Below, piece after piece: positions 1 through 11,938 of a DNA stretch of 35,822 nt; position 1 is the stretch's first letter; the number at the start of each line of letters is the position of its first letter. The DNA comes from Octopus sinensis. Its lineage: Eukaryota. Made by a program: the position numbers and the translations under genes. The DNA lies in assembly GCF_006345805.1 (NCBI RefSeq), contig NW_021828052.1, positions 1 to 35,822 of the forward strand, read 5' to 3'. The notes below the pieces were generated by a model. The model had not been told where the DNA came from and did not search any database. It saw only the letters and a list, made by a program, of their open reading frames with translations.

Positions 1-389
1 AATTTTATTTTTGAATTTATCTAAGGAAAAACGTAAAAAAATATTTTGACTTTCGTAAAATGAATATTTTCGTTAAATTTTTTTTCGTTAAATGGATAGT
101 CTACTGTATAAACATAACCGAAAGAACAACCTGTTTAAGTTAATAGCGGGATGTTTTCTCGTCGTTTGCACGATGATGAGTGAAGGAGAGTACCCAGCTG
201 GATTCAGAGATGTTAGCCACACGGGGAAGTATGTGGAAAGTCAGACCTCGCAAGCGAAAAGTGGACTTTTCGTGGAGTCCACCAGACTCTTGATGACCGA
301 GTTTTGCAGTGACTTTGACATTCGCAAAGAGTTTGACGAGATCCACAAATGTCTTTCTAATGCTTAGGAAGTTTACTTATGTTTATGTG

Positions 390-2110
390 GGTTAAGAAGG
401 CATTTGATTCCGTAGATCAGGCATTCTCAACATCGCATAGCGTTTTATCGACCCAAAATAAAGCAAATTTCAATCTTTCGCTGTCTTTTAAATCAGTTCT
501 TACAATATGAATAACACAACCGACCAAACAAGGCAGATTCGTACCACGTAGTCTCGCCCAAATATTTATTCAACACATTTTGGGATTCCAGTTCATTTAT
601 TTTGTAACCTGAGTAGCGCTTAACTATACAGAATATTAATTAAAAACTAACCTCTAGCCTCGGCTGGAACGGGGATGCAAATTTTGCATTCTTCCATCAC
701 TTCCTCAGTAAAAAGAGCTGGAAACCTTACAAATCTAAACAGAATTCCAAAACCTGTGTTGTCAAACAGACATAGCAAGGCAATTTCCACAATTAGTAGA
801 TACATCATTTGTACTATAAGCTTAATAATCTTATTATATACAAGAGAGACTATTTCGTCGTTAGTTCGCTAAGGATAAGAAGAGGGCCACTATATCTGCA
901 TGAAATGAACAAAACCGCATGACCTTTTGAGAAGCTTAGCAACGTCCAGGTCAAAATGAGCTTTCATGACAGCCTCAACCATAAAATATAAATTCTTAGA
1001 GTACTCATTACGGAAAAAATCTGCCGTCGAATTTTTAGCAACGGGAATAATGGAATGGAAAGTCCCATCGACAATCTGATTAAAATCGAACAAAATCAAC
1101 CACCTAATCCACTGAGGGGAAGAGGGCAGCTCCAAATGCGGCCGAATAACCTCCAATAGACCACCCATATAAAATGATCTTGTTTGTATTGAAACCCAAT
1201 TCCTCAATGCCGTACAGAATGACAGCATAAACGGCGTTATTCTCTTTATAGACATACGGAAGACTCTTAAAGTACGTCTAGTTGAACCAAATACCGAACT
1301 TGCCTCAAATCCCGGATGGTTCCAGGCCAGGACTGAATGTCCCAGTGATATTATGCTCTGATTTGACCCAAACTCGTAAAAAGAGCAGTTTCCCTTACTG
1401 CAAATGACAAGAAACCTCCCAGCGTGGCAGTCCCGACAGTCCAAGAACATTGTGTCGATTTCTGCGCCTGTGAGGGTCTTGACTTTCGCTCTTTGTCCCC
1501 CATACTTTGGTAATCAAGTCAAAAATCTACAAGCGATGACCGTCCGTCGTTCAACATGGGCTCGAAATAGTCCTTTGTGAAATCTGTGGACCCCGGATAG
1601 ACCAAAGGACGTCCCACAAAAAGCATTAATAACCACGTAAGGATATATTTAAGATCAAAAATATGATCGACCAGAGAATCCGACTGCAGCTGTTTTAGTA
1701 TCTCAGAATCAGAACATTGAGCAACATAATCCACAGGCCAGAATCGGAAATCGTAGTCAAATGCTTTCTAAACGTTTTTTATTAAAATTGGATTTTACTT
1801 TTGGTCGAGTACTTGGCAATATTTGTCAAAGAATGCCATATAGACAGGATTGTAGAATCGACCCAGCACTAAAAAATCGAGAAAACAATTTATTAACAAT
1901 TTGTCAAATTGAGGACTCTTTTGATCAGGAATAAAGTTATATATATATAAAGTATCATTAGCTTATCAGAACCAAGGACGACAAGTGGGACTGCAGAGTA
2001 TAATACTATTTTATTAAAAAATAAAATCTGCTATGGTTATATCATAAAACAAACAATATTCGTGTATACTGACAAAATGTGTTCTAATTTATTCATGTGG
2101 TAATCTTCCT
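390..2110 (-). pseudogene. ABHD16A: ABHD16A/BAT5-like phosphatidylserine lipase (alpha/beta hydrolase), multi-exon, disrupted
   Basis: Manual splicing gives collinear ABHD16A motifs: LGRFYNPVY, FDYDFRFWPVDY, FVGRPLVYPGS, QRAKVKTLTGAEIDTMFLD, LVICSKGNCSFYEFG, HSVLAWNHPGF, nucleophile loop IILYGWSIGG, IVDGTF, RYSGPLLI..RTNDEIV. GT-AG introns at 726-753, 814-841, 896-923, 1076-1103 (or 1076-1100) and 1266-1294. In-frame TAG and TGA plus frameshifts. Outer ends approximate. Confidence 0.85.
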
Positions 2111-3419
2111 TTAGAATAGACCTAGAATTTCATTACCGAGTCGGGTTTTTTGTACACGTGAATCAGTTTGGGTCCAGTCAAAAAACGGTAAATACGTTTA
2201 AATTTGTGGTGAACCATTTCTACTGCAAATTTAGTGGTTCAACTAAAGATACAAAATGTATTTTCAATTACAAATAAATAAATTTAATTTATTTTACAAC
2301 TAAATTAATAATTTTCAAATCGTGAAATTTATTCATTGCTCTTAATGAGACTCTTAATAAGTATATTTGGGTACAGTCAAAAAGCGGTTAATACGTATAT
2401 CGATAGTTCTTGAGTATATCTATTAAGAGTCTCTTAATGAGACGCCGACTTTCTTACAGTTTTCCAGTGACCATCCGAATTCGGTTCCTATTTTTTTAAT
2501 TAAATTCTGTCTTGTTGTTTTAGAACTTAAATTGACAAGACTCTTCAATTTTACTTTCATCAGACTGTCTGAATAGTGATACATGTTTCCAAACTGATAA
2601 TGCAAGATTCTTTGTAAAATATAACACTTCTCAAACACGAAACTATTCCTTTTTGGACAAAATGATAGTCTACGTATTTCAAGGATTCAGATCCTCTTTT
2701 TGACTGTTTTGTTTAATAAATCTCTTTAAATTAATTAAAAAATCGTTAATGGATTACAATATTTTCAATGTATCAAGCGAATTTATTGGTCACATCTGGT
2801 CAACTTTCATCTTTTTGAATCAATTTTGTTGACTTTATGGAGGTCAATTTTTGCTTTTTTAGGTCAACTTTGTGGTTGCCCTAATCATAAGTCTTGGTAC
2901 TTTTAGAAGAGATGCAGCGCCATTCTCACCAAATCGAGAAATACCTCCGTTTGCAATATGTTGCCCGCGGTACATAAACCTCGTTCCACACAAGAATCTC
3001 ATTTAGCTGGAAAAGGGACTCAATTTGTGGGTGTAGACTCAAATTTATCTTAACATAAAAAGTAAATAAAAGTAGCAAGTTGACAATAATAAGGCGATTC
3101 GAATTGTATCGAAAACTAACTATCTATTAATCGATGGCTAATGTTAATTTCGATATTTAAAATTCCTGTTTTGTCGAATATAGGCATAGCGAGAGTAAAA
3201 GTGAGTGGGTTTGTTGGATAATTGGCATTGAGTAATCATTTTCTGGTTTCTAATTGTGATCTAAAAAATGCATTTTTGACATTAACATTAAAAATCTCGG
3301 CCAGATTCCAGAGCTATTAATAATTTGATGAACATACGCCGTTGTTATGTTCCTTTTTGACGATCTACAAAAGTCTGTTTCTCTTTCTGAACTACAGAGT
3401 ATCACTCTGAACCCTACTC

Positions 3420-4419
3420 TTCAAATAGGGAAAGACTAGACTTCCTGCGTTTACGATACCAGATCGGAGAGTATGTTTTCCAGACTTACCAGGCCATCAA
3501 CGTTCCTGCCATCCGCAAAATTGACAAAAGACAGGTTCAGTAAATATATCATCCCTGAGGTCGTGATAAAAATATCACAGCAGACGGCTAATTACACTAA
3601 CGTGGTCTAAAAAATAAAGTTTGTAGTCGAACCGAGGAATCGTGCCAATGGAAGTCGCCATTCACAGACGCCTGGGCAGATGTGTCCTGAAAGCAGAACT
3701 TTTGGAGTTTCATGTGTTTGGTAACTACTACATTTGTGTCCTCGACTGTCCTCGCCACACAATCGGACTGAAATCGTTCGGTAAATTAATCGAGTGCCTC
3801 ACGGAGACAGAGATATGCTATTTCCAAGTCATGGTTTTCATATTGGTTGATTCCACAGATTATCAATATTATCGCACACCTCCACGGGAAGGGACTTCAC
3901 CACAGGGGACTCAGTCTCGACGACTTTGTGTTGGATTTTCACACGGGAACCATCAAGATTATCGACTTGATCAATGTCAGGTTTGCCACGGAGGACGAGA
4001 ACATGTATTTTGGTGGTGTTTATTTGAGGAACTGTATAGGAGATCAGGCCTACTCTCCACCCGAGTGGTTGGCCACTGGTTGGGTGTGTTACGAATCCTT
4101 AATTTCGTGAAGTCTCGGAGTCATCTTTTATTTACAACTAACCAAGAACTATTCTCACGACCTGATTTCTGAAATAATGTCCAGGGGTCTTGGAATGGAG
4201 GATCACATCAGCCATTCCGCCTCGACCTACATAATGGGAAGTCTCAATCCGAATGACAGGGCACGGATCAGTTTTGAGGAGCATTGCAACTACAAGTGGC
4301 TACTGGATACACTCCCCTCCTTCGTCGAGGTGTCCCCCGAGGAACAATCCTCCTACACACAGTGCGAGGAAGGGGAGAGTTGCCTCTTTTGTAGGGGTTT
4401 GGAGCAACTGTATTCCTAA
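3420..4419 (+). pseudogene. PIM-like Ser/Thr kinase, degenerate (pseudokinase or pseudogene)
   Basis: VVIK, IVPMEVAIHRRL (PIM VPMEV), AHLHGKGLHHRGLSLDD (catalytic loop), IKIIDL, AYSPPEW, *SLGV (WSLG with TGA at 4108-4110), LNPNDRARISFEEHCNYKWL. 31-nt intron at 3828-3858; frameshifts. Confidence 0.75.
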
Positions 4420-4689
4420 TCAAATATTCTGTATTCCTAATCAAATTCCTTTGTTTATTCCCTCAGTAATGATGCTAACAAAATATTTGTTAAAAAAGCA
4501 CAGTAAGCAATGCAGGGAAAACAATAAACCTAAAAGAGTTCCAAAAGCTTAAATCCCTTCCCTGAAAGAAGGACCGACACTTTGCCGTCACATCTAACAG
4601 TAAAATACTCATTCCACCTCAGAAGCCTTATGGCAGACAAATCCATGACGGCAGTCTCCCATTCTCTCAACAAAGGGGACATTGATCAA

Positions 4690-5625
4690 ATGTGAAATGT
4701 TACTTGATCAGCATCAAGATAAATAATTCTAGAAACATTCAGAGGAAATAACACATCTAAAAACAGAATTTTATATCTAATTTCTCAACCAAAACAAAAT
4801 TACCCCCAAATAATGCGCTGGCTCACTGTTTGTTTCCTTAACCAATGAGGCCACACATATTCTACCAAAACATAATCAAATCCATATTTTCTAGAAAATT
4901 TTGGTAAAAAGTTCTGGAATTAAATTAATTCGGCAACCTTGAATGTCGGTGAAAGGAAGTTTTTCAAAAAATAAAACTTCACTGGCGAATTCGTGTGATT
5001 GAGAACACTCACCATCATCACTCTAACAGAAAAATAGCATAATCAACTTCAAAAGGCGCTCATATAAGTGACCCGAAGCAAGAGAAAATATATTGATCAC
5101 TTTCCCATCCGGTGATGAGTCCGAAGAAAAATATCTATGTATTTAATCCTTGAATTATATCCCGACTTGATCCAATTCGAGATTATTCCTTCATTTGATT
5201 TCTGTTTGTTGTTCTTTTCTACATCGACAGTCATGATTTCGTTGACTAGACTGTCCAACACAATCATTTTCCAAGGTCCTTTTTGGACTGTTCCTTCAAT
5301 TCTACAACATTTATAATTATAAACTACTGTTTGATATCGTAAAACTCCCCATTTGTGTTGGTATTACTCCTTAACCACCAAATTTTTGGATTTGGTTTTA
5401 GTTGGAAATATCTTTTAACATGAACTTAGAAGAAAAACAATATTCCTCATAACAATTGTGTCAAATTTGTCTTCAGCACTATTATTCAAAATAAGTTGTA
5501 AGCCAACAGGAAATTCATTTTTTAAGGAATCATAGGCATGTCCTAAGTTGTATTTGTATATTTTTGAACCCTCAACAATTATGTAGTCCAATTGATATGT
5601 TGCATTAATTCCACATTTAGTCTAA
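4690..5625 (-). pseudogene. UGGT: UDP-glucose:glycoprotein glucosyltransferase C-terminal fragment (beta-sandwich end plus start of GT24 domain)
   Basis: Spliced translation [120 protein letters not shown] matches recalled UGGT. Introns at 4777-4803, 4914-4937 and 5023-5047. Missed by the ORF track because the exons are short. Homology stops just after DADQ. Confidence 0.88.
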
Positions 5626-5701
5626 TTTACATTATTATGGATAATATTACATTACTCAGCACAATATTATGCTCTAAAGGCAATAATTTCACGCAAAATA
5701 A

Positions 5702-6139
5702 ATGGCTCATTTATACTCGAGTTCAGATTTCATGCGGAGGCTAATAACTTCCAAATGGAGCTTGATCTGCTGAAACTTTTTGGCTCGGATTGCTATCAAA
5801 CAGATCTTCTTAAAGAATATCACATACTGGGCAAGTAATGAAGAACTAGAGAAGTATTTCTCGACGATACTCTTTCCGGGTTTTAAAGTGGAAAGTTTCA
5901 TGAAGGCTGGAAAAAACTTACCAATAGTAAATCTTTCGACAAGGTCACCAATCATAGGAAAAGTTTCTGAAAGCTCGGTATCTTTGCGCAGTGGCAGTAT
6001 CGTAGTCAATGAGGTTCTACCGAGGCGTGATTATTGCTTTTTGTCCATTCCCGAGTCAACACATTCGTTTTTCAGTAAAATATATGTAAAAATTGTCGAT
6101 GAGTGTTTTGATTTTGTAATAAAAATTATTTGCAGTTAG
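5702..6139 (+). pseudogene. possible single-RRM RNA-binding protein
   Basis: IFLKNITYWASNEELEKYFS resembles RNP2 plus helix 1, and VSLRSGSIVVNEV resembles the last RRM strand. RNP1 is poorly conserved. An in-frame TGA lies between the ATG at 5702 and the ORF at 5780. Confidence 0.4.
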
Positions 6140-6546
6140 TTTGGTTGAATTGAGCGACCATATCAAAAAATAGAGAATAACCTAAGCCAGGGGTGTCAAA
6201 CTCATTTCGCATCAGGGGCTGCATTTATAATAATTGTTCATAAAGAAAAGATTATTTATTTATTTTAGTGAAATATGTAATCACCATCTTTTAATCTTGC
6301 ATAGACTACTTCCGGATGATTAACATCTTTTTCAAATATAATTTTTGAAATGTTGGACTCAATTATTTGTGCAGTCCCGACTTTAATTAAAGCCGACAAA
6401 CTTTCATCTGTAAGTCGTGTTTTATTAATTGTGACCCAGTTTTTGTTAATTTAATAAATGAAAAAGCTGTTCATGTCGAACCAAATATAGCAATTATTTC
6501 TGCAGCAAAATTTCTAAACTTTTCTGTTCAAAAGACAAAAAATCAT

Positions 6547-7393
6547 TGTCGCGCGCAATGGATGAAACGCGTGCCTAAAGTGAAACGCTGTGAACCTTGA
6601 GAAAACCACAAAAAACCTCGAAAATAAAATTAACAATCCTTTGATGAAAACAGGAATAAAACCGAGAAATCAATTTTTTATTATTATCGTTTGAAAGATT
6701 AACAATTTATTTAAATAATGGTTAGCCATTTTAAAATTACCAAAAAATTAAAAATATTTTAACCTGAAAATTTACCAGCCGACTCTAGAGCCTCCTCACA
6801 ACGTCATTCAGATGAGTGTGACGGGGAATTCTCCCGGCACTCTTCTTACACGACAAGGCGTGCAAGCCGTTTGACAAATTGAGGACCCGCACCGGCAAGG
6901 GTGGGGTGGCAGATGTCCAAACCCAATCGTAAGCTGATCCCAATCCGCAAGGATCGTCGTCCAGTAGTAACCCCGTACTAGGAGTGGGAGAGCTTTGAGC
7001 CAGTCACCCGTGTGCGGCTGACAGGCGCAGTTAAGGGTGGCCAGCTGGAGTTGGTCCGACTTGAGCGAAGTTTTCGTAATGTGTTCAAGCAGAGAATTTC
7101 ATCCCAGCCCCTTTGAACTGAGGGATCGTGGGAAAATCAAGGTCGAGTGAGCACCACGTACGGCATGCAGATGAGAATTCCGAGAGCTCATTGTATTATT
7201 TATAAAAAATCAAGAATATTCTTATACTCCTGATCATCCTTTACAATGTTGGCAAATCTCATTTCGATAATATTCTCAAAGTGCGCAATCATCTTTAATA
7301 TTGACTTGATAATTGTCAAGAGCTTAATTGAAGGTTAAATTCAAGGTCACGGCGTTTCACTTTAGACACGCGTTTCATTTATGGCGCGTGACA
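6547..7393. mobile_element. non-autonomous TGT...ACA (Ginger2/TDD-type) element
   Basis: Imperfect ~53-bp inverted repeats at 6547-6600 and 7341-7393 with TGT/ACA termini; ATCAT 5-bp duplication on both sides (6542-6546, 7394-7398). Confidence 0.75.
6775..7190 (-). mobile_element. CRE-type RLE non-LTR retrotransposon fragment (RT-to-endonuclease linker and Zn knuckle)
   Basis: GC-rich island; minus-strand frames give QPHTGDWLKALP, RIGISLRLGLDICH and HPCRCG, as typical of CRE-like ORFs. Ends approximate. Confidence 0.65.
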
Positions 7394-8139
7394 ATCATGA
7401 CTCTTTCCAGAAATTCCTTTAACAACAAATCCAGTTTTTTATGTTTGTAATAATTAATTACAGTATGCACCGAGATTTAGCAGCAACTCCAGAATGTCGT
7501 CCAAATATATTAGGAGCACCATCGGTGCACAAAAATACAAGCTTCCTTAAATCAAATACATAGTTAAAGAGAATTTGTTGTAATTTTGCAAAGATATCTT
7601 TACTTTTAATAGTATCGTGCATTGTGTGCTCTGTGCACAGATATTTGAAACACTGCACTTGAAAGAGAAACAAGCTCAAATAATTTGATCATTAAAAAAA
7701 CTACATCGCGAATTATTCCTTCTGAATCCAATTTCATGCAAAAATAAAAACGACATAAAGTAAAAAAAGGAAAGCATAAAAATCATCTCCGTGCTCCCAC
7801 CTGGCACAATTTATTAGGTTTGCCATGAATAATTAAGATAATTAATCAATAATTGATAAAAAATAAGCTTTATTTTAATTAAAGCTATTTTATATTAAAT
7901 CCTCGCGGGCCGCATTTTTGACACTCTGACTTAAGCTGTTCCATCTCAAATTGTAGTTTTCTTATTTCAAAATATTTGATGAACAAAAATAGGTTAATCA
8001 TGAAATTCAGGTTTGCTAAAATATTTTTATAAAAGTCCACAAATTGAGGATAGGTAAATTTGTACAAAATAAGATGAGAATAAAAACAAATAAAAATTGA
8101 GTAAATTTTTGAATTCGTGTGCGTTGTCGTTGTTGTTGT

Positions 8140-8500
8140 TTTTAAACGCTATTGGGCCAAATCGGCGACCTTCTCGTACTATTACCCGCCACAATCTCTC
8201 GACTGAGGAATTTATTCTGTCCTCACTTCGCGGAACAAGATACATCCCTTTCCATATTCCCAAACAATGGCCGCTTCCTGCTTCGAACAAATTATCTCAG
8301 AAGCACTCAGTTCCGAAGAAGACCTCACCTTCACGCTTTTCAAAATCCAGACGGAGGTGTCCGCCCAATTGCGGTTGGGAACTACTTCAGAAGGCTCTGC
8401 GGCTAAGTCGCTACCAGAAGGGTTGCAACGAGAATCGGGGCCGAGCTTTCGCCCACGCAACTCGGTGTTGGTGTACGTGACGGGTGTCTTTTTCCTCCTG
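8140..8500 (+). mobile_element. CRE-type non-LTR retrotransposon RT N-terminal fragment
   Basis: PDGGVRPIAVGNYFRRL followed after a frameshift by KVATRRVATRIGAELSPTQLGVGVRDG. Confidence 0.75.
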
Positions 8501-8897
8501 AAGAACAGCATTCATCTGCCGAAACTTATCTTCACTTTCAGAAGCAATCCCTGTTTCTTGCAAATGGATCTACTCCTTGCATACGACGCTATTTTGAAAA
8601 AAGCTGCTGGAACTATATTGTTTTTATTTTTTGTGATTTTTACGCTCAATTCATAAAGACCTGTGCAGAAAACATTTTGAACATCTGCTTTGATGCACAG
8701 GCAAGTTATTCTACTAGTTTCCCCTGGAGAGATCGGTCTGATTACTCCAGGTTACTCAGCACACGGGGCTTACTTTTCTTTAATGCTTTTGTCGAGAGAA
8801 ATGATTGACACTGTTCTCTCTCATTACAATGGACAGAGGATATCATTTTGTTTTTATGATTTTCTTGCCATTTGGAAGAAACTGTGTTTGCCTATTT

Positions 8898-9140
8898 CAG
8901 GGGTCGGCAAAAGCGGGCTCGCGAGCCTTTGAAGACTCTTTAAGATTTTCAATCAAAATGGACTGAAACTTTTGCATTCACATCTAATTCAGGACAGCTA
9001 CCGAAATGTCCCATTTGCCAGGAAACTTTGAATCAAAATAAAAAGTCAAATTTAGAGAGACACTTTAACACAAAACACTCAAATTTCGCAAAAAAATATC
9101 CAATTGGTGATTCCCGAAAGAAAGCTGTAGAAGAACTTGC
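8898..9140 (+). mobile_element. hAT 5' end fragment (GTF2IRD2-like Zn-finger N-terminus)
   Basis: TIR-like CAGGGGTCGGCAA at 8898, preceded by GCCTATTT; translation FQSKWTETFAF..KCPICQETL..SNLERHFNTKHS. Confidence 0.7.
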
Positions 9141-9299
9141 AAAGAATAATCAGATTGAATCAATAGGCCCTATTTCATCAGATGCGACTTTTCAACCCTA
9201 ATTTACCCTAAAACTAAGAAAAATTGAACGAGCCCACTGACATGGTGAAAAAATGACCAACCAGCCCCTGAACGCTGGTTGACTCTTACTTTTGTGAGA

Positions 9300-9600
9300 C
9301 AACTGGTTGCCTATATGACGACGAATCTGTGAGGATTGGAATCTGCCACAGATCAGACTACCCGTATCGGCCAAACACCAACTCCGATGCGGCGTAAAAG
9401 CCGACGAGCTCGACTACCACTTTCTATTATGTCTACGAAATTGGACTCTCATCGGGGAATAAAGAACTAAAACTGGCCATCCGTCCGTCACTCCGTATTG
9501 CTGGATTCCACTTTCCATTGAGACCTAAAAAGATCTTTGCAGTGGACAGCAGAAGTCCCGATGGGATGACAACCTATCAAAGAGGAAGATGTTTGGTTTG
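9300..9600 (+). mobile_element. degraded CRE-type RLE endonuclease fragment
   Basis: VDSRSPDGMTTYQRGRCLVW resembles the RPDG(M/L)TLxPWxxGRCLVWD motif; the upstream part is highly decayed. Confidence 0.45.
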
Positions 9601-9649
9601 AAAAACATTTAATGCAATAAAATTGACCACAAAACACCTCCTATTTAAA

Positions 9650-10506
9650 TGCACCTCTGCCTTTCAGGGAATTTTTTTGGAGGAGGAGTTAGACTGGCTA
9701 AAACATCAGTGCGAATAAACCATATCGTTAACTAAAAGCGAAGATTAAAGAGAGGTTATGTTAAATCCCGGCTTTGTGCGGACTAGTCGATGATGAAGTG
9801 AATTGCTATCAATTGTGAAAAGCCAGTTTTTATAACTCCACTGTTTGTAGTTTTTTTAAAGTTTTGATATTTTTCATTGAACTAGAAATCTCAGCACCAG
9901 AATTTCTGAAATGTTTGAAAGTATTTTCATCTGCAACTAAAATACTGACTGTTCCCCAATTAATTTTTATTGCTTGCAAAACATCTTCAAAATTCATATT
10001 CTTTACTGAGATAGAGTCGATTTCCAATATAATATCATTGTTTCTAATTCCTGCAACATCCGCTGGTGATTTTCATCCCATTGATAATAAAGAAGCCGTT
10101 TTCAGGATTTCTTGATTATTTGAATTCCCAGATCTTCCCCGTTCCATATTGCAATCTGGCATATTCTAGGTGAATAATTTTTCGTATCTATAGGAAGTGA
10201 TATACTTTCTGCTCTGTTTGTTGAAAGTTTCGTTTCTTCGATTTCTACAACTTCAAATCTTTTTACTAGCAATAGAAGATCTCCGGTGGATTTTTTTATT
10301 TGTTTTGTGAGATAATTATGTGATTTGTTTTAAACATTTTTATTATTAATTTCTAATATTATATCGTTGATTTCTAAGTTTGTGAATGACGCAGGTGAAT
10401 TTGGAAAAATTTCAGAAACAAAATGTTTTTTTGATTTTGAAACCGTATCAACACCAAAACCAAATCCTGAACTGCTGCATTTCACTGTAATTAGAACAGT
10501 CGACAT
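9650..10506 (-). pseudogene. tandem-PDZ protein (NHERF/PDZK-like), disrupted
   Basis: ATG at 10506. PDZ1: SSSGFGFGV..VSEIFPNSPASFTNLEINDIILEINNKNV*NKSH (in-frame TAA, then a frameshift in an A-run). PDZ2: SPADVAGIRNNDIILEIDSISVKNMNFEDVLQAIK..VSILVAD. 3' end uncertain. Confidence 0.7.
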
Positions 10507-11059
10507 TCTTGTCAGGTAAATTTATAATTCTTTAATAAAAAAATTTATTAATTTATTTAAATCAGTATTATTTGAAAAAATAATGTAAAAAGAAAAATGT
10601 TATATAATTTATTTTTGTTCGAATATTTAAAATGATTTTCAAGTTAATTACACAATAATTCTTAGACTTTTTGAGAAAACATTAGGAACCTGAAAAACTT
10701 CAAATTATCTTTAAAAAGTCAGGTTTATGGTAAAATTTAATATTTATATGGAGTTTTTTTGAGTTTAAAAATATCAAAGGTTCATCATTTTACTACACAA
10801 ATTCGTCTCTTCATTTTCTCGACTAAAAAATCAAAAAACTTATTTTTTAATACATATGCTGAATATCAAGGTTGTGGAATAGTGTTGAAAGAAAAAGGAA
10901 AACACTAATAGGCCTCATGTGTCATAAAATTGTAGTTTGCCATTCTTTAAATTCTAGAAACTAATTTAAAGATATCATTTTATAAATACTAATAAAATTA
11001 TGTCAACTAAAATTTTATAATTATGTCATTTTGAACTTATCACTTTATTCAATAATATA

Positions 11060-11210
11060 TAGGGTTTTCGGATCAATATACTTTAAAGAACTTTTTCAAA
11101 ATACTGTTAACGGTTTGATATTTCTTGTCGAACAGTTAAGCAATATCTTTGGTTGAATATCCATCCAAAGATTTGTTTATTATACTTTCTCTCACATCAT
11201 TAGATATTAT
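11060..11210 (-). mobile_element. possible Tc1/IS630-like transposase HTH remnant
   Basis: ISNDVRESIINKSLDGYSTKDIA*LFDKKYQTVNSILKKF fits a first HTH of ITm transposases; no TIR or catalytic domain seen. Confidence 0.4.
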
Positions 11211-11298
11211 CGAAAAATTATTATATTGATTCGAAAAATTATTATATTGGTTCGAAAAATTATTATATGATTCGAAAAGTTATTATATTGATCGAAAA
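11210..11298. repeat. minisatellite, ~4.3 copies of a 20-21 bp unit TCGAAAAATTATTATATTGAT
   Basis: Units start at 11210, 11231, 11252, 11272 and 11292. Confidence 0.9.
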
Positions 11299-11938
11299 CC
11301 CTATAACTAACCCCAGAGGACATTGTGGGCAGGATCGAACTTTTCTAAACAATTTCCGTCGTTTGCAAAGTGCATCGGGAGTCACTGGAATTAAAATTAA
11401 CTGGTTTACCTAGTCCTTTGATCATCACTAAATGTTTTAGTACTTATCAAAATAAAAAATTAAATCCCAATAACCTTTAAAGCATGTGAAAGTAGAAAAG
11501 CTCAACACCTGGAATCTAATTACTTGAAAACTTGGTGAAATTCAGAACGGAAAAATCGAGATATTCGATATGGGGTTGAAGTGGTGACCAAATATACAAA
11601 CCTTTTATGCCAAGATTTAATATAGATTTTTAGTCCAAAGGATACATTCAGTCAGTGAAAATCAGAAAAATTTAGAATGTGTGATTATTGAAAACAGATG
11701 AAAACTATAACGATTGAGTTATCAAAGCAATTATCGGAAATGAGAAAAATTAAGAGTTTCAGTCAGCATTATTAGTGTAATAAAACGAGGAGAGGTCTCG
11801 GGATTCAAAAAAATCAACGGTGTGGTTGCTTTATAGACTTCTCAACATCTCTTATTTTAAAATAAAATGTTATTAATAAACTTGAATTTATTTTATCCTA
11901 AACCTCTCAGTCGGATGTGTGATAGCTTTCCTTCTTGA

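Larger units (their letters stand above)
6188..7928 (-). mobile_element. hAT (Buster/GTF2IRD2-EPM2AIP1-like) element, internally deleted, carrying nested insertions
   Basis: Ends CAGGGGTGTCAAAC (6188) and TTTGACACTCTG (7928); flanks ACCTAAGC/ACTTAAGC (7/8 TSD match). Transposase remnants LCTDGAPNIFG (ORF 7458-7679) and the dimerisation-domain IFGST region near 6300-6500. Confidence 0.8.

Noticed and set aside
92-367. 91-aa ORF as a real gene
   Set aside because: No recognisable motif; it may be a terminal exon of a gene outside the window but cannot be supported.
2160-2880. Repeated CAGTCAAAAA(A/G)CGGT motifs and GGTCAACTT repeats as a transposon end
   Set aside because: No partner inverted repeat, TSD or transposase found.
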